Assembly: GCA_964471705.1 (NCBI GenBank)
Contig: CAYYHR010000002.1
Span: forward strand, 1 to 62,530
Direction of reading: 5' to 3'
From: an uncultured Chromatiaceae bacterium
GTDB lineage: Bacteria > Pseudomonadota > Gammaproteobacteria > Chromatiales > Chromatiaceae
DNA length: 62,530 nucleotides
Both the position numbers and the translations under genes were made by a program. Below, one piece after another: positions 54,477-62,530 of the stretch (the first letter of the stretch is position 1; the number at the start of each line of letters is the position of its first letter). Under the pieces are notes generated by a model that was not told the DNA's origin, searched no databases, and worked only from the letters and a program-made list of their open reading frames with translations.

Positions 54477-56852
54477 ATGGGTGAGCCCGAGCATCGACGG
54501 CGTGCTTTGTGGAATGGGGCATTTCGTCCCGGCTTGATCGCGAACGGTTTGGGCTTCGCCGTCGGGGTCGGCATCCTCTTTCTCCTACCGTCGCTTCCAT
54601 CCTTCCGCCTTTCCGTCTTGCTCGCGGCGCTCACCGCCGTGATGGCCTGGCGTTTGCCGTTGGTGCGGCCCCTCGCCTTGGGGATGATGGGTTTTCTATG
54701 GGCCCAGGTGCAAGCTTGTCAGCTCCTGTGCCAGCCCTTTCCCGAATCCCTCGTGGGTCGTGATCTGGAGCTGACGGGTCGGATTGCAGGTCTCCCTGGT
54801 GTCGGGGGCGGCAGTGAGGGCGAGAGTCGACGGTTTCTCTTCAGCATCGAGAATCCGCGGACGGTCGGGCAGCAGATTGCCTTTCGTGGACTGGTGCGTT
54901 TGAACTGGTACCGGGACGCCCCGAGGCTTGTGGCGGGCCAACGTTGGCGCCTGGTCGCCCGCCTGAAACCGCCCCACGGCTTTGCCAATCCCGGGGGGCT
55001 CGATTATGAGGGTTGGCTGTTCCAGCACGGCATCAAAGCCACCGGCTATGTGCGGACCTCGAACGAGAATCTGCTGTTGGCCCCTGGCCCCGGTCTGTAT
55101 TTCATCGACAGATGGCGCCAGCGGTTGCGCGAGCGAATCGATGAGATCCTGAAGGGCTCCGAAGGGGAAGGCCTGGTCAATGCGCTGGTGCTGGGGGACC
55201 GCTCAGGCCTCGGACCGGCCCAGTGGGAGGTCCTGACCCGCACGGGCACCAGCCACCTGATCGCCATCTCCGGGCTGCACGTGGGCCTGGTGGCCGGCTT
55301 CCTGTTCTTGGTAACGCGGTGGATTTGGTCCCGAAGTGCACGACTGACCCTGATAGCCGCAGCCCCGCGGGCCGCCGCTGTCGCCGCACTGATGGGGGCG
55401 GCCGGTTACAGTGCCCTTGCCGGATTTGCGGTTTCGACCCAGCGTGCCTTGATCATGCTCGCTGTAGTCTTAGGGGCCATCCTTTTCGCCCGGACCATCC
55501 GTCCGGTGAGCGGAATCACCCTGGCCCTCGTGGGCGTGCTGCTTCTGGATCCCCGGTCGGTCCTTTCCCCCGGCTTTTGGCTGTCGTTCGGCGCGGTGGC
55601 CGCGCTGCTCTACGCACTCGGAGGGCGCCTCGCAGCGGGCAGGCTCTGGGCTAAGTGGGGAAGGGCGCAATTGGCGATCGCCCTCGGCCTGCTGCCCCTG
55701 TTGCTGCTTTTGTTCGGTCACGTCTCGCTCATCGCGCCGCTGGTGAACCTGATCGCCGTTCCCCTGTTCGCCCTGTTGCTTCCCGCCGTGCTGGTTGCGT
55801 GCCTCTTGGGGCTGGTCTCCGGGCTGGGAGTGCCACTGGTACTGATGTCGAAAGTCCTGGAAGGAGGGTACGGACTGCTGGAGGTGGTGTCGAGCTGGCC
55901 CTGGGCGGACGCGACCCTGTCCGGCCGTCCCGGTTGGGTGTGGGTCGTCGCCTTCCCGGGCGTCGCCCTCCTGCTTGCCCCACGGGGGTTGCCGGGACGC
56001 TGGATCGGGCTGGTGCTCCTCTTGCCCCTGATCCTGGTGCACCCCCGGGGACCCCTTCCAGGTGAGGCCCGTTTCACCTTGCTGGACGTGGGCCAAGGTC
56101 TCGCGGCGGTGATTCGAACCAGTAGCCATGTCCTGGTCTATGACACGGGTCCTGTCTTTTCCAGCGGTTTCAATACCGGAGCTGCCGTAGTTCTTCCCTA
56201 TCTTCGCAAGCAAGGGGTGGGGCGGATCGATACCCTGATCATCAGTCATGGGGATCGGGATCACGCCGGCGGATTTGCGGGTCTGAACGGCAGGATTCCC
56301 ATCACGCACATCCTGGGAGGTGAGCCTCGGGAGATCCCCGTCCGGACTGTAGCCCCCTGCCTGGCCGGTGAGCACTGGACCTGGGACGGGGTGGACTTCG
56401 AGATCCTCTATCCAGAGGTGTCCGGCCGTGAGGGCAACGAGAGCTCCTGCGTTCTGCGTGTGAGCAGCAAAGGGGCCAGTGTCCTGCTGACGGGGGATAT
56501 CGAGGTCGCCACGGAAGATGAGCTGGTGAGGCAGCAGCCCGGTCGTTTGGCAAGCACGGTCCTGGTAGCAGGCCACCATGGAAGCGACAGCTCCAGCAGT
56601 GCAGCCTTCCTGCAGGCAGTCGCGCCGCGCTTCGTTCTCTACTCCAGCGGCTACGCGAATCGCTTCGGCTTTCCTGCGGTCGAGGTTCGCGGGCGGGTGG
56701 CGGCATCGGGTGCTGTGCAGCTCGGTACGGCAAGCTCCGGTGCCATATCGTTTCGGCTGTATAGCCGCGGCATCGATGGCCTCCGGATGTACCGCTGGGA
56801 GCATGAGCGCCTTTGGAGCCATCGCCTCCGTGCAGCGGGCGCATCCTTCTGA
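54477..56852 (+). CDS. comEC: DNA internalization competence protein ComEC/Rec2
   Basis: NPGGLDYE, GTSHLIAISGLHVG, GFWLSF, LDVGQG, YDTG, SHGDRDHAGG metallo-beta-lactamase domain, HHGS, NRFGFP. Start may be about 54534. Confidence 0.95.
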   Translation: MGEPEHRRRALWNGAFRPGLIANGLGFAVGVGILFLLPSLPSFRLSVLLAALTAVMAWRLPLVRPLALGMMGFLWAQVQACQLLCQPFPESLVGRDLELTGRIAGLPGVGGGSEGESRRFLFSIENPRTVGQQIAFRGLVRLNWYRDAPRLVAGQRWRLVARLKPPHGFANPGGLDYEGWLFQHGIKATGYVRTSNENLLLAPGPGLYFIDRWRQRLRERIDEILKGSEGEGLVNALVLGDRSGLGPAQWEVLTRTGTSHLIAISGLHVGLVAGFLFLVTRWIWSRSARLTLIAAAPRAAAVAALMGAAGYSALAGFAVSTQRALIMLAVVLGAILFARTIRPVSGITLALVGVLLLDPRSVLSPGFWLSFGAVAALLYALGGRLAAGRLWAKWGRAQLAIALGLLPLLLLLFGHVSLIAPLVNLIAVPLFALLLPAVLVACLLGLVSGLGVPLVLMSKVLEGGYGLLEVVSSWPWADATLSGRPGWVWVVAFPGVALLLAPRGLPGRWIGLVLLLPLILVHPRGPLPGEARFTLLDVGQGLAAVIRTSSHVLVYDTGPVFSSGFNTGAAVVLPYLRKQGVGRIDTLIISHGDRDHAGGFAGLNGRIPITHILGGEPREIPVRTVAPCLAGEHWTWDGVDFEILYPEVSGREGNESSCVLRVSSKGASVLLTGDIEVATEDELVRQQPGRLASTVLVAGHHGSDSSSSAAFLQAVAPRFVLYSSGYANRFGFPAVEVRGRVAASGAVQLGTASSGAISFRLYSRGIDGLRMYRWEHERLWSHRLRAAGASF

Positions 56853-56987
56853 CGCTTCGAGTATTATGGACGTCGGATGACGGAGCCGGCTGCCGGACCG
56901 TTATGAGGAATGTGGGCAGGGCCATACGGTCGTTTCCGTGTCGCCGCGAGATCAGGAGAAGGTCCCGGAACCCGAGGTAGATGACTG

Positions 56988-57617
56988 GTGCTGGAGCTGA
57001 TAAAAGAGGGCGGCTGGCTGATGCTGCCGATCATTGCCTGTTCGGTCATCGCCATGGCCATCGTCATCGAACGGCTTTGGACGCTGCGCCGCCCCAGGAT
57101 AATGCCCGACAAGCTCGTGGGCCGAGTCTGGCAATGGTACCGATACAATCAGCTTGACGCCGAGCGTATCGACCGACTGCGCAACGGCTCGCCCCTGGGA
57201 CGAATTCTCGCCGCTGGTCTGGTGAACCGGGGCCATTCCCGCGAGGTGATGAAGGAGGCGATCCAGGACACCGGACGCCAGGTCGTGGCGGACATGGAGC
57301 GCTATCTCGACGCCTTGGGCACCATCGCATCGGTGGCCCCGCTGCTGGGTCTGCTCGGTACCGTCTTCGGGATGATCGACGTATTCAGCGTGATCATGAA
57401 TGCAGGTGTCGGCGATCCGGGTGTGCTGGCCGGCGGTATCTCCGAGGCATTGATCACCACGGCGGCCGGTCTCTCGGTGGGCATACCCACCCTCCTGTTC
57501 CAGCGTTACCTCGACGGCAAGGTCAACAAGCTCGCACTCGGCATGGAGGAACAGGCCCTCAAGCTGGTGGAGGTCATCAAGGGAGAGCGCGAGGTTACCG
57601 AGGACGCTGCCGGATGA
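56988..57617 (+). CDS. exbB: MotA/TolQ/ExbB proton channel family protein
   Basis: GGWLMLPI, LGTIA..APLLGLLGTV.GMI, LAGGISEALITTAAGL. Confidence 0.92.
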   Translation: MLELIKEGGWLMLPIIACSVIAMAIVIERLWTLRRPRIMPDKLVGRVWQWYRYNQLDAERIDRLRNGSPLGRILAAGLVNRGHSREVMKEAIQDTGRQVVADMERYLDALGTIASVAPLLGLLGTVFGMIDVFSVIMNAGVGDPGVLAGGISEALITTAAGLSVGIPTLLFQRYLDGKVNKLALGMEEQALKLVEVIKGEREVTEDAAG

Positions 57618-58039
57618 ACCTGCGCCCGAACCGTCCGGAGCCCCCCGACATCAATCTGACGCCGCTGATCGACGTGGTGTTCCTGCTCCTGATCTTCTTC
57701 ATGGTCTCCACGACCTTCAAGGAAGATGCCCGCATCCGGCTCCAGCTACCCGAGGCCCAGGGAGAAGAGGTGACCGCCCAGGAGCCCGAGACGCTGGACA
57801 TCCTCATCGACCGTTCCGGCACCTTCTTCGTCAACGATCAAATGGTGGTGGACCGCAAGCTGGATACCTTGAAGAAGGCCATCGCAGGTGCATCAGGTGG
57901 AGATCTGGAGATACCCGTTGTCATCAAGGCCGACGCCAGGACCCCGCACCAGGCCGTCATGACCGCCATGGACGCGGCCAGCCAGCTCGGTCTCCTGCAT
58001 TTCGTCTTCGCCGCGACACGACCCGACGAGTCCAAATGA
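57614..58039 (+). CDS. exbD: ExbD/TolR family protein
   Basis: INLTPLIDVVFLLLIFFMVSTTF, I.AD....HQ.V...MD. Confidence 0.93.
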   Translation: MNLRPNRPEPPDINLTPLIDVVFLLLIFFMVSTTFKEDARIRLQLPEAQGEEVTAQEPETLDILIDRSGTFFVNDQMVVDRKLDTLKKAIAGASGGDLEIPVVIKADARTPHQAVMTAMDAASQLGLLHFVFAATRPDESK

Positions 58040-59808
58040 AGCCGGTGGAAGGCGTCGCTTCGGATTCCGCCAAGCAGGTCTATCGGCGCCTGCTCGGCTA
58101 CGCCAAGCCCTACTGGCGGCCCTTCTCCATCTCGATCGTCGGGATGCTGGTATACGCGGCCACCGAGCCCATCTTCGCCGCCATGATGAAGCCGCTGCTG
58201 GACGGCAGCTTCGTCGATCGCGATATCGAGATGGTTCGCATCATGCCGGTGGTGCTGGTGGCCCTGTTCATCGGTCGCGGCATCGCCGGGTTCGTCAATA
58301 CCTATTTCCTCAAATGGGTCGGGCGCCGGGTGGTGGCAGATCTGCGCCAAGCGATGTTCCAGCACCTGATGCGCGCGCCGACGGTCTACTACGACAACAA
58401 TAGCTCCGGGCAGATCCTGTCCAAGTTCACTTACAACGTGGAGAACGTGGCTAGTGCCACGACCACGGCCCTGACCACCCTGGTGCGCGACGGTTTTACG
58501 GTCATCGGACTGATGGCCTACATGCTCTATGTGGATGCCGGGCTCTCCGCGATCTTCCTGGTGATCGGGCCGCCGATGGCAGGGGCGATAAAGTACGCGA
58601 CCAAGCGCTTTCGTCGTCACAGCCGGCGTATCCAGGACCGGGTCGGTGAGCTCACCCATGCTGCCCAGGAGGTGATCGACGCCCACCGGGTGGTCAAGGC
58701 CTTCGGCGGCCAAGCCCGGGAGGCCGAGCGCTTCGGTCGCGTCAACGAGAAGACTCGGTCTCTCCAGATGAAGATGATCGCGACCGAAGCGGTCAGCGTC
58801 CCTTTGGTGCAGCTCATCTCTGCCCTGGCCATCGCGGTCATCGTCTACTTGTCGACTATGCAGGGCCTGCGGGAAAACATCTCGGTAGGCACCTTCATGT
58901 CTTTCGTGGTTGCCATGGGCCTGCTGCTGCCGCCGGTCAAGCGCCTCACCTCGGTAAACGCCCATCTACAGCGGGGCATCGTCGCTGCCCAGAGTCTCTT
59001 CGATCTGCTGGATACCGAGTCCGAGAAAGATACGGGCACCCGAGTCTTGGGCCGTTCCTCCGGAAGGGTGGAGTATCACGGCGTAGGCCATGTCTACGAC
59101 CCCGATAAGGGGCCCGTGCTGGAGGACGTGAGCCTGACCATCGAAGCGGGGGAGGCAGTGGCCCTGGTGGGCCGCTCGGGCAGCGGCAAGACCACCCTGG
59201 TCAGCCTTTTACCGCGCTTCTACGACGCGACGGAGGGGCAGATCCTGATCGACGACGTCGATGTTCGGGAGCTTACTCTGAAGAGCCTTCGAGATCAGAT
59301 CTCCCTGGTGACCCAGGATGTGGTCCTGTTCAATGACACCGTGGCGAGCAACATCGCCTACGGACGCGCGGGGGAGGTGGATCAGAAGGAAATCGAGCGG
59401 GTAGCGGAGGCCGCCCATGCCATGGACTTCATTCGCGAGCTGCCCAGGGGTTTCGACACCCGGATCGGGGATCGGGGTGTGCTGCTCTCCGGCGGGCAGC
59501 GTCAGCGCCTCGCCATTGCCCGGGCCATGCTCAAGGACGCCCCTATCCTGATCCTCGACGAGGCGACTTCCGCCCTGGACACGGAAGCGGAGCGCCACAT
59601 CCAGGCCGCCCTGCAGGAGCTGATGCGGCACCGGACCACCCTGGTAATCGCCCATCGACTGTCCACTATCGAGACCGCCGACCGGATTCTGGTCGTGGAC
59701 CAGGGACGGATCGTGGAGCAGGGCAGACACAGGGACCTACTTGCCCGCGGGGGATACTACGCAAGGCTGCACAGGCTACAGTTTCACGCCGGCCGCGCGG
59801 CCGCGTGA
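58036..59808 (+). CDS. msbA: Lipid A export ABC transporter MsbA
   Basis: TM domain plus GRSGSGKTT, LSGGQRQRLAIARA, LDEATSALD, IAHRLSTIE; msbA-lpxK synteny. Confidence 0.96.
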   Translation: MKPVEGVASDSAKQVYRRLLGYAKPYWRPFSISIVGMLVYAATEPIFAAMMKPLLDGSFVDRDIEMVRIMPVVLVALFIGRGIAGFVNTYFLKWVGRRVVADLRQAMFQHLMRAPTVYYDNNSSGQILSKFTYNVENVASATTTALTTLVRDGFTVIGLMAYMLYVDAGLSAIFLVIGPPMAGAIKYATKRFRRHSRRIQDRVGELTHAAQEVIDAHRVVKAFGGQAREAERFGRVNEKTRSLQMKMIATEAVSVPLVQLISALAIAVIVYLSTMQGLRENISVGTFMSFVVAMGLLLPPVKRLTSVNAHLQRGIVAAQSLFDLLDTESEKDTGTRVLGRSSGRVEYHGVGHVYDPDKGPVLEDVSLTIEAGEAVALVGRSGSGKTTLVSLLPRFYDATEGQILIDDVDVRELTLKSLRDQISLVTQDVVLFNDTVASNIAYGRAGEVDQKEIERVAEAAHAMDFIRELPRGFDTRIGDRGVLLSGGQRQRLAIARAMLKDAPILILDEATSALDTEAERHIQAALQELMRHRTTLVIAHRLSTIETADRILVVDQGRIVEQGRHRDLLARGGYYARLHRLQFHAGRAAA

Positions 59809-59836
59809 AAGCAGCTCGGCGGGCCCGATGCGGCGC

Positions 59837-60823
59837 ATGAGCTGCATTCATGAATCGCTCTGGTACGGCGGCAATTCGCTCGCTTGCTTGCTGTTGCCCC
59901 TGAGCTGGCTCTATTGCGGCGGCGTGCGGCTGAGGCGTCTCGCCTATCGGCAGGGATGGCTGCAGAGCAGGCGCTTGCCCGCCCCCGTGCTCGTCGTGGG
60001 CAATCTCACCGTCGGCGGTACCGGCAAGACGCCCCTGGTACTCTGGCTGAGCGGATTCCTGCGCAGAGAGGGTTACAGGCCGGGTATCGTTACTCGGGGA
60101 TACGGCGGTCGCGGGAAGCGATGGCCACGCCTCGTGGATGCCCACAGCGATCCCTTTGATGTCGGTGACGAGCCGGTCCTGTTGGCGCGACACAGCGGCT
60201 GCCCCGTCGTCGCGGGCCCCGACAGGGTAGCCGCCGGCGAGATGCTCTTGGCCGACTCCGGATGCGATATCATTGTGAGCGATGACGGACTCCAGCACTA
60301 TCGTCTGCGGCGAGACTTGGAGATCCTGGTGGTGGACGCGGCCCGGGGCTTCGGCAACGGGCATTGTCTGCCCGCGGGACCCTTGCGGGAGCCGAAGGCA
60401 AGGCATCGCGAAGTGGACCTGACCCTGTGCAACGGTGGACCCTGTCCGGGAGGGCAGGCCATGCGGCTGGTGCCGGACCGTTTGGTCGATCTGCGCAACC
60501 CGGAGATCACGCGAAGTCTGGCCGAGCTGCGCGGACAGCGGGTCACCGCGGTGGCCGGCATCGGGAACCCCGACCGCTTCTTCCAGCTTTTGCGCAGCTA
60601 CGGTCTGCACCTGAACGAGCGACCCTATCCGGACCATCATCCGTTCAGCCGCGAAGATATGGCCTCTTGGCTTCCGGGGCCGGTGATCATGACGGAGAAG
60701 GACGCGGTCAAGTGTGCCGGTCTCACCCGCGTGGATGTCTGGTACCTGGCGGTCGAGGTGCGGCTCCAGGACGGGTTCGAGCGGTTACTCGCAAGCAAAA
60801 TAAAGGGCATTGTCGATGGATAA
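59837..60823 (+). CDS. lpxK: Tetraacyldisaccharide 4'-kinase
   Basis: [56 protein letters not shown]. Start 59828 or 59837. Confidence 0.97.
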   Translation: MSCIHESLWYGGNSLACLLLPLSWLYCGGVRLRRLAYRQGWLQSRRLPAPVLVVGNLTVGGTGKTPLVLWLSGFLRREGYRPGIVTRGYGGRGKRWPRLVDAHSDPFDVGDEPVLLARHSGCPVVAGPDRVAAGEMLLADSGCDIIVSDDGLQHYRLRRDLEILVVDAARGFGNGHCLPAGPLREPKARHREVDLTLCNGGPCPGGQAMRLVPDRLVDLRNPEITRSLAELRGQRVTAVAGIGNPDRFFQLLRSYGLHLNERPYPDHHPFSREDMASWLPGPVIMTEKDAVKCAGLTRVDVWYLAVEVRLQDGFERLLASKIKGIVDG

Positions 60824-61004
60824 GAAACTGTTGGACATCCTACGGTGTCCCCTGTGCAAAGGCGTCCTCTACTACGACAAAGACGCCGCCGAGCTCATCT
60901 GTCGGGGGGATCGCCTCGCCTATCCGATCCGGGACGACATCCCGGTGATGCTCGAAGATGAGGCGCGGGAGCTGGGTCCGGAGGAAGAGGTCCCGGAGGT
61001 CTGA
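60816..61004 (+). CDS. ycaR: Trm112 family protein YcaR
   Basis: [29 protein letters not shown]; between lpxK and kdsB. Confidence 0.95.
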   Translation: MDKKLLDILRCPLCKGVLYYDKDAAELICRGDRLAYPIRDDIPVMLEDEARELGPEEEVPEV

Positions 61005-61020
61005 TCGGAACATCTGTCCG

Positions 61021-61797
61021 ATGGACGGAGTGGATTTCAGGGTCGTCGTCCCCGCCCGCTACGGGTCCAGCCGGCTTCCGGGCAAGCCATTGCTGGAGAT
61101 CGCCGGAAAGCCCCTGATCCAACACGTCTGGGAGCGCGCCGGACAAAGCGAGGCGGCAGAGGTGGTGGTTGCCACCGACGACGCCCGCATCGCCCGCGTC
61201 TGCCAGGCATTCGGCGCCGATGTCGCCCTGACACGAACCGACCATCGCAGCGGCACGGACCGCATCGCCGAGGTGATCGAGGCGCGGGGCTGGCAGCGGG
61301 ACGGCATCCTTGTAAATCTGCAGGGAGACGAGCCCTGCATGCCGCCGGCCCTCATCGACCAGGTCGCTCATGACCTGGCAGGACATGGCTCCGCCGGAAT
61401 GGCGACTTTGGCCTATCCGATTCGGAGCCGCTCGGACCTCTTTGATCCGCATCTGGTCAAGGTGGTCACGGATGCGGACGGCTACGCACTCTACTTTTCG
61501 CGGGCACCCATACCCTGGCATCGCGATGAGCTACCAGGGGGGGGCGAGACGCTGCCGCAGACCGTCCGGTTCCTGCGGCACATCGGCCTGTACGCCTACC
61601 GGACCCGTTTCCTCGAGCGCTTCGTGCGCTGGCAACCCTCGCCCCTGGAGATGGCGGAGTCCCTCGAGCAGTTACGCGTGCTCTGGCACGGTGAGGCCAT
61701 CCACGTGAGCCAAGCCGAGGTGGAGCCTGGTCCGGGGGTCGATACGCCGTCGGACGTGCAACGGGTGCTCGGATTTCTCGGGCTCGGAAGGGGATAG
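61021..61797 (+). CDS. kdsB: CMP-KDO synthetase
   Basis: [58 protein letters not shown]. Confidence 0.98.
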   Translation: MDGVDFRVVVPARYGSSRLPGKPLLEIAGKPLIQHVWERAGQSEAAEVVVATDDARIARVCQAFGADVALTRTDHRSGTDRIAEVIEARGWQRDGILVNLQGDEPCMPPALIDQVAHDLAGHGSAGMATLAYPIRSRSDLFDPHLVKVVTDADGYALYFSRAPIPWHRDELPGGGETLPQTVRFLRHIGLYAYRTRFLERFVRWQPSPLEMAESLEQLRVLWHGEAIHVSQAEVEPGPGVDTPSDVQRVLGFLGLGRG

Positions 61798-61969
61798 GTA
61801 CGCCGCAGCGATAAGGGAACGGTGTTGCCTCCCCACTTCCGGTCAAGGATGGAGGAAGGCACCTGATTGCCTCGGCCTATCGCGAAAAACCCTTGTATAC
61901 GGCACAAAATAAATCCTTTAGGATTGTCTTTCTCAATTCTTTGACTAAAAAAGTACTGACGGAGGACAT

Positions 61970-62530
61970 ATGACGAGATCTCATGCCAGAACGGCTGCCG
62001 CTCTCGTGGCGATCGGATTGGCCATCGGGTGTGGAGAAGAGGCCGCTGGATTCGGCGGTGGGTCCTCCGGTCCCGGAGGGCCGGGTTACGGACCTTCCGG
62101 ATACGGCCCGGGCGGGCCAGACGGCGACTACGGTAGACCTTCGGGGGGTGGATTCGGTGGATCGCCGAGTAGGAACTACGGCGGACCGCCGAGCGGCAAC
62201 TACGGTAGACCCGCCGGGGGCGGATTCGGTGGCCCACCGGGCGGCAATTACGGTGCACCTGCAGGGGGTGGTTTCGGTGGCCCCCCCAGTGTTGGCTCCG
62301 GGCCCGGAGGGTATGGTGCTCCTTCTCCCGCTGCTCCTGCCCAAGAGACGCAAGCGCCTGAGCCAACTGCGAGCAAACAAGCTCAACCGGCGCCTTCGGG
62401 TGGGCCGGCGTACAGCGGTGCGAGCTTGCCGCCGGGTGGCGGATATCCGGGCGGCAGTTACGGCGGATATCCTGCTGGTCGAGGTCCCGGTGGCTACGGT
62501 TATGGCCCTGGCGGTTATGGCCCTGGCGGT
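61970..62530 (+). CDS. Exported Gly/Pro/Tyr-rich repeat protein, 3' truncated by the window edge
   Basis: GGAGG RBS at 61961-61965, ATG 61970, 187 open codons: MTRSHARTAAALVAIGLAIGCGEEAAGFGGG...YGRPSGGG FGGSPSRN YGGPPSGN YGRPAGGG FGGPPGGN YGAPAGGG FGGPPS...GPGGYGYGPGGYGPGG. Absent from the ORF track because no stop is in the window. Confidence 0.85.
   Translation, partial: MTRSHARTAAALVAIGLAIGCGEEAAGFGGGSSGPGGPGYGPSGYGPGGPDGDYGRPSGGGFGGSPSRNYGGPPSGNYGRPAGGGFGGPPGGNYGAPAGGGFGGPPSVGSGPGGYGAPSPAAPAQETQAPEPTASKQAQPAPSGGPAYSGASLPPGGGYPGGSYGGYPAGRGPGGYGYGPGGYGPGG

Noticed and set aside
61596-62386. Minus-strand ORFs (256 aa, 169 aa) and a possible CRISPR-like repeat at the right end
   Set aside because: The repeats are degenerate 24-nt coding repeats without unique spacers, and no cas genes are present; the plus-strand frame has the RBS and signal peptide.

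Overview
A GC-rich, mostly core-chromosome segment of a gammaproteobacterium. An SgpA/B-type sulfur globule protein, a cbb3 oxidase cluster and Fnr suggest a microaerophilic sulfur-storing sulfur oxidiser, probably Chromatiales-like (inference). Gene order: tRNA-Ala(CGC); a TIGR04283/TIGR04282-type transferase pair; ypjD-ffh-rpsP-rimM-trmD-rplS; sbcB-asmA-mutY-yggX; minCDE; HIT-recR-ybaB-dnaX; msrA, HAD, tgt, ubiA, dsbA; mipZ-cbpA-cbpM; FUN14-lpdA; methyltransferase-rnhA-dnaQ; fnr, sgpA; pyrG-kdsA-eno-ftsB-ispDF; smr; pcm-yqaA-nlpD-rpoS; ccoNOQP-ccoGHIS; L,D-transpeptidase; gpmI; lolCE-lolD; DUF2062; comEC-exbBD-msbA-lpxK-ycaR-kdsB. No CRISPR array, rRNA, integrase or intact transposase was seen. 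The most interesting signals are: (1) a full-length MipZ, normally alphaproteobacterial, about 9 kb from an intact minCDE operon, giving two candidate division-site placement systems; (2) an unannotated ~95-nt small RNA gene with two anti-Shine-Dalgarno CUCCU motifs, its own promoter and a terminator; (3) an exported Gly/Pro/Tyr resilin- or silk-like repeat protein that runs off the right edge and is missed by the ORF track; (4) small relics: a decayed surE, a 78-bp IS5-like MITE with a TCA target duplication, and a HEPN-like fragment beside a periodic palindrome inside the cco cluster. All calls come from reading motifs and synteny by eye; no searches were run.
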